Virus record (IMG/VR): IMGVR_UViG_2802429351_000001
Span: 1-64,000 of that record
Strand: one strand, 5' to 3'
Length of the DNA: 64,000 bases
Source of the DNA: a virus
Lineage: Duplodnaviria; Caudoviricetes
The stretch's first letter is position 1; each line of letters starts with the position of its first letter. The translations under genes were made by a program, and so were the position numbers. Shown here in pieces: positions 56,964 to 64,000 of the stretch. Under the pieces are notes generated by a model. The model saw nothing but the letters and a program-made list of their open reading frames with translations. It ran no database searches and was not told the origin of the DNA.

Positions 56964-57443
56964 ATGAAAAATTCAGTAAAAAATTCAGCAAAAAAAGTTT
57001 CTAATAAAAAAGAAACTGTAAAAGAAATTGACGTTACAAAATTAAGTAATGAACAATTATTAAATATAGATTTAGATAAAGTAAATCTATACGACTTATT
57101 AGAAAATAATCCCGATCTAAAACCAAAATTAAAAGGGAATAAAGGCAGTAAAGAAAAAATGTATAAAGATACTGCTAAAAAAGAAAATGAAAGCGACAAA
57201 AATTTTCGCAGACGTATAAGAAATACAAGAAATACTTTTGTAGAAAATATTCTTTTATTGTTTCAAAATAAAAATGATAAAGAATTAAAAGAACAAATAA
57301 ATTCTTTTGAAGATTTTTATTTTGAAACATATACAAAGAACGATTTTAGTTTAGAATCAATTTGTAGATTAAATTCTGATGAAGCAACCAAAGCAAAAAT
57401 AAAATTATTCTTTCATATATTAAAAATGAATAAGACTAAATAA
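56964..57443 (+). CDS. Lys-rich hypothetical protein, probable immediate-early gene
   Basis: Own host-type promoter and terminator; KNFRRRIRNTRNTF resembles 47131..47481. Confidence 0.7.
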   Translation: MKNSVKNSAKKVSNKKETVKEIDVTKLSNEQLLNIDLDKVNLYDLLENNPDLKPKLKGNKGSKEKMYKDTAKKENESDKNFRRRIRNTRNTFVENILLLFQNKNDKELKEQINSFEDFYFETYTKNDFSLESICRLNSDEATKAKIKLFFHILKMNKTK

Positions 57444-57448
57444 TTTTA

Positions 57449-57485
57449 GAGGGGGGCAATTAATTTTGTCCCCCATCTTTTTTTA
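57449..57485 (+). terminator. Rho-independent terminator
   Basis: GGGGGGCAA-ttaatt-TTGTCCCCC followed by long T tracts. Confidence 0.75.
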
Positions 57486-57583
57486 TCTTTTTTTTATATT
57501 ATTACATACCGAGTGCCCGTTTTACTACCACAACTTTTTACGCATGAGATAAGGGGAGTTAGGGCCCTAAACACACAACAACA

Positions 57584-57754
57584 ATGACAACACAACAAAT
57601 ACAACAACGTATATATAGACTACATGATAAAGCTTGGGACTTATATGATAAAAGGCACCAAGACCTTTTTTGGTCTATACCCTGGAGAAGATATTGGGTA
57701 GTAATTGAATACTATCAAGGAAAAATAAGAGAGCGATATAAACACTTAAGATAA
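57584..57754 (+). CDS. Small hypothetical protein (56 aa, not in ORF track)
   Basis: MTTQQIQQRIYRLHDKAWDLY...HLR*; ends 6 nt before the next ATG. Confidence 0.45.
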   Translation: MTTQQIQQRIYRLHDKAWDLYDKRHQDLFWSIPWRRYWVVIEYYQGKIRERYKHLR

Positions 57755-57760
57755 CACATC

Positions 57761-58147
57761 ATGAAAAAAGAACAAATTGAAAGTTTAGCCATCGAAGAAT
57801 TAGAAGATGATGGAAATGTATCCGGACTAGATATAGATATATGGGTAAAAGGATTCGAAAAAGCCCAGGGGATATATAATGTAGAGTGGGCTAAAAGAAT
57901 AACAAGGCAAAGAGTTTTAGTATCTACTTTATCACAACTTTGTACTAAGGCCCCAGACTTACCTACTTTTGCTTCCCATAATAAGGTTATAAAACAAACA
58001 CTTAAAAAGGCAGCCAGAACTTATGAGAAAATCAAAGCTGACCCCCTTTATATACCTAGGCAGGGTGATACAGTGCCTAATAAAGGGTTATATGAATTTA
58101 TAAATAAGTATTCATTCTGGGTTTACAGAGAAGAAAAAAGAAAATAA
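57761..58147 (+). CDS. Hypothetical protein
   Basis: ORF in a tightly packed operon. Confidence 0.6.
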   Translation: MKKEQIESLAIEELEDDGNVSGLDIDIWVKGFEKAQGIYNVEWAKRITRQRVLVSTLSQLCTKAPDLPTFASHNKVIKQTLKKAARTYEKIKADPLYIPRQGDTVPNKGLYEFINKYSFWVYREEKRK

Positions 58148-58149
58148 GT

Positions 58150-58446
58150 ATGGGAAAGAAACCAACTAAATTTAGTTTTAAGAAACATGCCCCAACTGGT
58201 AGGTACCGAAGTTTTGAAAACAGCTACTGGGATATAAAGATAAAAGGTAGACAAGTAGGAAATATATGGGAAAAGGATTATGGGACTTATTTTAGGATAG
58301 GACTAATGGTTAAGAAAGGTGATGGTTTTAAATTTATCTATCTTAAAGCCAAACCTAAAACCATAGAAAAGGCTAAGGATTTCCTTAATAGAAATTTCGA
58401 TAGGATATTAGAAAGATACGACTTACATTACCAACCTAAAGAATAA
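58150..58446 (+). CDS. Hypothetical basic protein
   Basis: ORF in operon. Confidence 0.6.
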   Translation: MGKKPTKFSFKKHAPTGRYRSFENSYWDIKIKGRQVGNIWEKDYGTYFRIGLMVKKGDGFKFIYLKAKPKTIEKAKDFLNRNFDRILERYDLHYQPKE

Positions 58447-58458
58447 AAAAATAACATT

Positions 58459-58773
58459 ATGATAACATTTTCAACAGACCTAATATGGTCACAACCAAAT
58501 CCCTACCCGGGTAAGAATATAGATAAGACTCCACCAATGCCTAAACAAAGTAAAAAGGAATCTAAAGAGGAACTTGAGAAAAAATTATTTATTACCTGTA
58601 AGTATGCGGTGGATATTTCTAAGAAAGTATCTGAGCCTATAACTATGGAAGTTTCCCATAGATATATTGATTATATTACTATCATTGTATACCCTAATCA
58701 AAGGCCAGAGGATTTACATAAGATAATATTACTAACCAGGGAAATAAAAGAACTTAAAAATGAAAAATTATGA
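58459..58773 (+). CDS. Hypothetical protein
   Basis: ORF in operon. Confidence 0.55.
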   Translation: MITFSTDLIWSQPNPYPGKNIDKTPPMPKQSKKESKEELEKKLFITCKYAVDISKKVSEPITMEVSHRYIDYITIIVYPNQRPEDLHKIILLTREIKELKNEKL

Positions 58774-58961
58774 AAATTAAAACTATTACATCACTACTTT
58801 GGGCTAATGATGGTAGTGAAGATTATCACGATAAAAAGGTTAATCGGTTCATAGGTTCACTTAACCCCCATGCTATAGAGAATATAAATACAACCACAAC
58901 TGGGGCCGGAACTTCCCACAATATTAGATTTTTAATCACAACAACAATAACTTACAGATAA
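58770..58961 (+). CDS. Small hypothetical protein, paralog of 41890..42060
   Basis: MKIKTIT...D...HDKKVNRFIGSL.P. Confidence 0.55.
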   Translation: MKIKTITSLLWANDGSEDYHDKKVNRFIGSLNPHAIENINTTTTGAGTSHNIRFLITTTITYR

Positions 58962-58963
58962 CC

Positions 58964-59296
58964 ATGGAAGAAGGAGTAAATTACCTAATCACAACAGATG
59001 ATTGGTTTATGGGCCCAAATGGGAAACAATACAAAGCAGTATGGGGCCCAGTAGAAATATTACAGGATAATGAAATTCTGGGTATTAAAACCAATGCTCG
59101 TAGTAGTAATTGGTATGCAAAAGTGGGTTACTTTAATGACCATATTATAGTAGCTGGTTGTCAGATACACTATGCTGCTAGATGTAACCAAGAACCTAAA
59201 TTGGAAAACGATAATAATTGGGAATTTCACCAAGGGCAGAAAATAGATTTTGAAATCAAGAATAAGGTATATATTACCCAAAATAAAAACTTTTAA
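58964..59296 (+). CDS. Conserved phage hypothetical protein
   Basis: YLITTDDWFMGPNGKQYKAVWG...IAGCQIHYA. Confidence 0.65.
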   Translation: MEEGVNYLITTDDWFMGPNGKQYKAVWGPVEILQDNEILGIKTNARSSNWYAKVGYFNDHIIVAGCQIHYAARCNQEPKLENDNNWEFHQGQKIDFEIKNKVYITQNKNF

Positions 59297-59298
59297 TT

Positions 59299-59811
59299 AT
59301 GGACTTATTAAAAAAAGGGGAAAACCCAAAAGATATAACATTTATTACCACCTGTGGTTGTGGTACTAAGTTTAAATATAATAACAAAGAGATAATCTCT
59401 GACCAAAGGGATGGGGATTATATTATATGCCCCTTATGTAAATCTGGTATAATACATAAGGAAGAAAACAAGGTAATCAAAAAACCCATTTGGTCGCCAG
59501 CATTGAGCACATTACCACCCAAGCTTTTTATAGATGGTATTAGTGAAAATGATAAAGAACATTTTAGGGAGATGTACTTTGGGAATTTTAAACCCATTAA
59601 AGATGTTCCCTTTATTGTAAGTTGTTACGATCCTACTAGCCCTAATGAAAAAGATTATAGTGTTATGCAAATAACCCATAGAGGTGAAAATGGTAAAGTA
59701 TTCCATTTAGGCGAGTACCGAACCCAAGATAGAAAAGATTTTAAGGAGGTGGTGGATAACTTAAAAAAATTCTTTACACCACTTAATTCAAAATGGTTAA
59801 CCGAAAAATAA
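59299..59811 (+). CDS. Zn-ribbon-containing hypothetical protein
   Basis: CGCG...CPLC. Confidence 0.6.
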   Translation: MDLLKKGENPKDITFITTCGCGTKFKYNNKEIISDQRDGDYIICPLCKSGIIHKEENKVIKKPIWSPALSTLPPKLFIDGISENDKEHFREMYFGNFKPIKDVPFIVSCYDPTSPNEKDYSVMQITHRGENGKVFHLGEYRTQDRKDFKEVVDNLKKFFTPLNSKWLTEK

Positions 59812-59817
59812 TATATT

Positions 59818-60009
59818 ATGAAAATAGTAATTAGGGTTTTATTAACTTTAATAGGCATGGCCTTAATAGGGTTAATTATAGCCTTTATGGGTTGGCTTAC
59901 AAATAATCATGGAGAACTAGTTGGACAAATAATGATTACTATCGTAGTGCTTATAGTGTTCAGTGTATTCTTTTATTTAATATATAGTTTAATAAAAAAA
60001 ATATTTTAA
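59818..60009 (+). CDS. Two-helix membrane protein
   Basis: Hydrophobic throughout. Confidence 0.6.
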   Translation: MKIVIRVLLTLIGMALIGLIIAFMGWLTNNHGELVGQIMITIVVLIVFSVFFYLIYSLIKKIF

Positions 60010-60011
60010 TT

Positions 60012-60317
60012 ATGAAAACAAGTTTAGGAATTATCGAGATTTTAGGGATTGCATTTGTTATACTAAAACTAATGGGTTATATAGATTGGTCCTGGTGGTT
60101 AGTAACCCTTCCCTTATATGGGCCCTTAGCCTTATTATTTATTGTAACCATACTGGTACCTTTAATAGCTTATCCTTTTAGGCGTAAGAAGATAAAGGAA
60201 TTAGAGAAAAGGATGGCTGAGTATAATGAAAGAAGGTCCCAATCTCCAAGGTTTAAATCCAGGTTTCAGAAGAGATTGGAGGAATTAGAAAGAGAAAGAA
60301 ACCTTAAAAATAAATAA
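60012..60317 (+). CDS. Phage membrane protein (WSWW family)
   Basis: LGIAFVILKLMGYIDWSWWLVTLPLYG. Confidence 0.7.
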   Translation: MKTSLGIIEILGIAFVILKLMGYIDWSWWLVTLPLYGPLALLFIVTILVPLIAYPFRRKKIKELEKRMAEYNERRSQSPRFKSRFQKRLEELERERNLKNK

Positions 60318-60404
60318 CCATGCATACCATACAAATAGTAATCATATGTTTATTTGGTATGCTTATATTGTGGAAAATATTTGAACCACCAACACATTAA
60401 TATT

Positions 60405-60923
60405 ATGAAAATAGAAGATTTAGAACCAGAGGTATTAAATTTTGCATTAGCCATGCAAAATGAATTAAATAATAATAAACAAAATAAAGGAGAAGGCTGG
60501 CGAGAGTGGAAAGATATAAACGCTATGTGGGCAGAAATAATATACCATCAAGGTAAATTAATTAAGGCCATGATAGATGGGGATAAGAAATTAATAATAG
60601 AGCACATAGCCGACTGTGCTAATTTCTATATGTTCATAGGGAATGCTTTAGAGGTATATACTCGTAAAATTTATATTGAGGGAGTATTGGATTTAAAATC
60701 TATATTAAGGGATAATCCTAATAAAGGTATCAGATTTAGTAAAAAGGGGGTTAATTATGATAATTATATTACTTTTTTACTTACAGAAAAAGATGGAAAA
60801 ATATATTTACATTATGAAGGTACTCCCTACTTTATTCATAAAACCAGGGGTTTTAGTAATACTGATGTAGATGGTATTTGTAGGGCTATATATGAACCCG
60901 GTTTATATTATTTAAAAACCTAA
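60405..60923 (+). CDS. All-alpha NTP-pyrophosphatase (MazG-like) fold candidate
   Basis: FALAMQNELNNNK..KG.GW...EHIADCANFYMFI; in-frame ATG at 60405. Confidence 0.4.
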   Translation: MKIEDLEPEVLNFALAMQNELNNNKQNKGEGWREWKDINAMWAEIIYHQGKLIKAMIDGDKKLIIEHIADCANFYMFIGNALEVYTRKIYIEGVLDLKSILRDNPNKGIRFSKKGVNYDNYITFLLTEKDGKIYLHYEGTPYFIHKTRGFSNTDVDGICRAIYEPGLYYLKT

Positions 60924-60927
60924 TAAA

Positions 60928-61170
60928 TTGAGAAAGTATAAAATCACATTGGACTCAGGGTCTATTTTTATAAAGTACAAAGAGTATAAAAATAATAAAC
61001 GGGTGGTATATTATATACCCGAGTTAATTAAAGCTAGAGATTTATATAAACTTACCCCACGTTTAAATAATATTATTCATGGTAGTAATTTTTGGCCGAT
61101 GACCCGTAAAGAGTTTGGTGATTTTAGGAAACATGTAAAAGCTAAAACCCTATATATAACACAGGTATGA
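60928..61170 (+). CDS. Hypothetical protein, tandem family member 1
   Basis: ITLDSGSIF...Y...D..KL. Confidence 0.55.
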   Translation: MRKYKITLDSGSIFIKYKEYKNNKRVVYYIPELIKARDLYKLTPRLNNIIHGSNFWPMTRKEFGDFRKHVKAKTLYITQV

Positions 61171-61409
61171 AACATAAGATAGTAAAACTTAATACTGGTA
61201 CCAGATTCCTTAAAATAAAAAGGATTCATAATCCTAAAAAAAGCCCGCCTAAGTATTTCTACCAATTAATTACTATAACCCCAAAAGACAGGAGTAAACT
61301 AAATATTGGTGAATTAAGGGAAATTACAGATATTGATGATCCTATAAGCGAGAAAAGATTTAATCATATAGTTGAAAGACTTAAAGCAAATATAAAAGAT
61401 GTTGAGTAA
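61167..61409 (+). CDS. Hypothetical protein, tandem family member 2
   Basis: VKLNTGTRF...YQLITITPKDRSKLN. Confidence 0.6.
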   Translation: MKHKIVKLNTGTRFLKIKRIHNPKKSPPKYFYQLITITPKDRSKLNIGELREITDIDDPISEKRFNHIVERLKANIKDVE

Positions 61410-62106
61410 TAAGGAATTTATTATAGAACTTGAGAGTGGTTCTATATTTACAAGGAAAAATGTAAATGGCGAAAATATTTACCGTATGATAAGTATTACC
61501 GCTAATGATTTAGCTAAGTTAAACCAGTATAATAAAGAGGTTATTATGCGGGACAGTATAAGCTATAATCAATTTGATAACCTTAAGAAAAGATTAGGTA
61601 CAAAAAATAAGAAAATAGAAACCTTTAGGTCAGAACTTGAATTTGGTAATTATAAACCCTGGTCTATAGCCGAGGTATTCTTACTTGGTAATGTATTTAA
61701 TGATAGCGTATATGCTAAAGGTTTTAATGAGAAATATCGAGCATTTGAACATTTGCATAGAAAATATTTCCCAAATATAGCTAGGACAAATGAACAAGTT
61801 AGAGAAAAAATTAAACTAATAAATAAAAATATAGGTAAACCAAGTGATAATAGTAAATCTGGTTATAACCTACCTTTAATGGATATTATAGAAACGCTTA
61901 GAGAAAATAATTTAATCGGTTTTCATATAACCCGGGATAGATATGAAAAGGGTGTTTTACATATAGAAGTAGAAGGGGTTATTAAAAAATGTAGAATAAG
62001 GGTTACCGATATTATTTTAGAAATAAATAATAAAATAATAACGAATATTGCTATTAATAATAATATTAGGGAAATAATCGAAGAAATTAAAGACTATGAA
62101 AAATAA
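61399..62106 (+). CDS. Hypothetical protein, tandem family member 3 (extended)
   Basis: IELESGSIF...YRMISITANDLAKLN. Confidence 0.6.
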   Translation: MLSNKEFIIELESGSIFTRKNVNGENIYRMISITANDLAKLNQYNKEVIMRDSISYNQFDNLKKRLGTKNKKIETFRSELEFGNYKPWSIAEVFLLGNVFNDSVYAKGFNEKYRAFEHLHRKYFPNIARTNEQVREKIKLINKNIGKPSDNSKSGYNLPLMDIIETLRENNLIGFHITRDRYEKGVLHIEVEGVIKKCRIRVTDIILEINNKIITNIAINNNIREIIEEIKDYEK

Positions 62107-62377
62107 TATTGTAAATCAGTTGCATCCAATAGATGCCGAGCCAGTAGAATTAAAAGATATAGATATATCATACCCAATATTAAGTAGGTATAAACTTAAA
62201 GAAGCTATTGCTGAGATTAATAGGAAGGATTGGGATATTAATTCAGAAAATCAGGCTATAAAATATAGAAAAATGATGGGGGCTATATTTAACACTTTTA
62301 AAAGAAAACCACGGGTTTTTGATAATAGGGATTTTTATTTACCAGAAATTAAATTCAAACACAAGGTAAAATGGTAA
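62096..62377 (+). CDS. Hypothetical protein
   Basis: Overlapping ORF. Confidence 0.55.
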   Translation: MKNNIVNQLHPIDAEPVELKDIDISYPILSRYKLKEAIAEINRKDWDINSENQAIKYRKMMGAIFNTFKRKPRVFDNRDFYLPEIKFKHKVKW

Positions 62378-62556
62378 AGAAGGAAAATATCATGACATTA
62401 ACTTTTAAAGGGTCACAAATAAAAACCTTTAATAGCTTAATTAATAAACTATCTAATAAAACAGTTGGCTTTAATAAAATAACAACACTAACTGATACTG
62501 AAGAATCATTATTAGATAAAATTAATAAAGAACTTAATAAAAAGAAAGATGACTAA
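62371..62556 (+). CDS. Hypothetical protein
   Basis: Overlapping ORF. Confidence 0.5.
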   Translation: MVKKENIMTLTFKGSQIKTFNSLINKLSNKTVGFNKITTLTDTEESLLDKINKELNKKKDD

Positions 62557-63589
62557 AACTAGAAGGCGTAAATTAAAAATATTAGGCGTATGTGGGGGTA
62601 ATGGGGTAATTCTCCACCCCCTACGTAGGTACGTCATAGGAAATATAGAAGATAGGGGGGTATTTAAAACCCCCAAGAATTTACAATGGTACACTAATTT
62701 CAAGGTACCATTTGTTGATGATGTAATGGTTGCTGGTTTTTTATTTAAAAAGGTAGACATAGTAATAGGGGCACCCAATTGTGGTAGTTCTTCTATACTG
62801 GGTTTTACTGGTAATAAGAAAAGAAAAAACCCTACTGATGATCCATCCATGAAGATGTATTTTGAAACAGTTTTGAAATATAATCCTAAGATATGGATAA
62901 TGGAAAACCTACCAGCTTTGTTAAACCATATAACCATGCAGGACTTTAAGGAAAAATTTCCAGATTATCTTTTCGTTTTTCATACAATGAGTATGGCTGA
63001 ATTAGGTAATTCCCAGAAAACCCGTAAAAGGTTAGTGATTGTAGCTTTACATAAATCACTACCAGCAGAAGTATATATGGCCTTTTCACAGGTAGAACCC
63101 CAGGCTGAGCCTAAAAGGATTAAGGATTTAATTGGCGATTTGGAAAAGGATAATCCTAAGTTAGCAAATGTAAGAGAACCTGGTAAGTATAAAATTAAAA
63201 TGGGTAAGAAAGCTTATTCTATGAACGATATAAAGGTTACATGGGATGAAAATCTTAAAGGTAAGAAATATTGGCCCATGGATTTTGAAAAGAAGGATTC
63301 ACCTTATATACCAGGAGTTTATAGGTTGTTACCGGAAAATTTCCCACAAACAGTTAGGCAAGATGCTAGGCAATTTAGACCAGATGGAAAACCTATGTCC
63401 CCAAGGGAATTAGCCAGGATTCAAGGTATACCAGATAAATTTAAATTATATGTACCAGAAGAAGTTACCCATGGTAAAAAACCTAGTTATTATATAAATA
63501 GAGCTAGGATAACAGTAGCTAAGGGAGCTCCGTATGAATTAGGTTTATGGGTTAAAGAAAAGATAAAGGTTGCTAGAAAATTTCTTTAA
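62549..63589 (+). CDS. Divergent orphan DNA cytosine-C5 methyltransferase
   Basis: Motif I-like VCGGNG, IV-like GAPNCGSSS, VI MENL, VIII SQKTRKRL, IX SPRELARIQGIPDKF, X-like VAKGAP. Confidence 0.8.
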   Translation: MTKTRRRKLKILGVCGGNGVILHPLRRYVIGNIEDRGVFKTPKNLQWYTNFKVPFVDDVMVAGFLFKKVDIVIGAPNCGSSSILGFTGNKKRKNPTDDPSMKMYFETVLKYNPKIWIMENLPALLNHITMQDFKEKFPDYLFVFHTMSMAELGNSQKTRKRLVIVALHKSLPAEVYMAFSQVEPQAEPKRIKDLIGDLEKDNPKLANVREPGKYKIKMGKKAYSMNDIKVTWDENLKGKKYWPMDFEKKDSPYIPGVYRLLPENFPQTVRQDARQFRPDGKPMSPRELARIQGIPDKFKLYVPEEVTHGKKPSYYINRARITVAKGAPYELGLWVKEKIKVARKFL

Positions 63590-63596
63590 TGACCAT

Positions 63597-63621
63597 AAAA
63601 AAGCCCGGTAGTCCCGGGCTT
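63597..63621. terminator. Hairpin terminator between convergent genes (copy of the 16361 element)
   Basis: AAAA-AAGCCCGG-tagtc-CCGGGCTT. Confidence 0.75.
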
Positions 63622-63629
63622 AATTGTGT

Positions 63630-63989
63630 TTATACCCTATGAAAGGATATTTTGTAATTATCTATAATATTAATATTAACGGGTGTTGGCCCATTTTTCC
63701 GAGGATTAATTATGGGTTCTATAATTAATAAATACTCAGGTATAACTTCACCCTCTTTTACTTTATCAAATTCCATTGATAAACAGTGGTACTCTCTATT
63801 ATCAAAAACATTAAAACCATATTCTGGGTTTATATCTATAGGTATTATCTTACTAAATATAATACTGAGTAATTCTGGTGGGCTAGTCTTTATAAAAGAA
63901 TTTGATATAATAACTTTCCCTCTATTGAAATTAAAGAAATCTGTTTGACCTTTAATATTAAAATTTTTAATAAATTCTGATTGCTCCAT
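63630..63989 (-). CDS. Hypothetical protein (minus strand)
   Basis: 119-aa ORF in otherwise unoccupied sequence, converging on a hairpin. Confidence 0.6.
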   Translation of the reverse strand: MEQSEFIKNFNIKGQTDFFNFNRGKVIISNSFIKTSPPELLSIIFSKIIPIDINPEYGFNVFDNREYHCLSMEFDKVKEGEVIPEYLLIIEPIINPRKNGPTPVNINIIDNYKISFHRV

Positions 63990-64000
63990 AATAATTAATT

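Noticed and set aside
57500-57530. ACCGAGTGCCCG resembling a tracrRNA 3' hairpin
   Set aside because: The match is too short, with no anti-repeat or complementary stem.
1-64000. Prophage, integrase or diversity-generating retroelement
   Set aside because: No recombinase, repressor-antirepressor switch, reverse transcriptase or TR/VR pair, and no host genes in the window.

Overview
This is an AT-rich (roughly 30% GC by eye) 64 kb segment of a tailed dsDNA phage with a contractile tail. Its host is very probably in Bacteroidota, judged from TAnnTTTG promoter boxes, AT-rich leaders without Shine-Dalgarno sites and a lipoprotein with a Bacteroidota-type signal. Almost all genes are on the + strand. 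The order is: collagen-repeat fibre (5'-truncated), lysis genes, sheath/tube/chaperone/tape measure/baseplate (to 16.4 kb), a lone minus-strand sigma-like gene, a ~20 kb replication/recombination/nucleotide block (17.2-37.7 kb), then ~26 kb of small accessory genes ending in a divergent C5-methyltransferase. The replication block holds DnaB, primase, an SF2 helicase, two thymidylate-synthase-fold genes, dCMP deaminase, PolA, SSB, RecA, a 5'-3' exonuclease, dNMP kinase, SbcCD, a resolvase and a NusG paralog. No integrase, capsid, portal, large terminase, tRNA or CRISPR was seen. Most interesting signals: (1) a multi-class promoter system, with 12 exactly spaced (G/A)GTG-N13-TATATTTG promoters, one canonical host TTTG-N20-TATATTTG promoter and six TACTAT(T/A) boxes, next to separate sigma-region-2-like and region-4-like genes and a NusG paralog; (2) a tandem pair of TS-fold enzymes that both carry the dCMP-specificity Asp, suggesting modified cytosine; (3) a Tad1-like anti-defence sponge; (4) a -1 frameshifted tail chaperone; (5) a TAGGGCCTT repeat cluster at an apparent strand-skew switch. 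All protein assignments come from motifs recognised by eye; no database searches were run.
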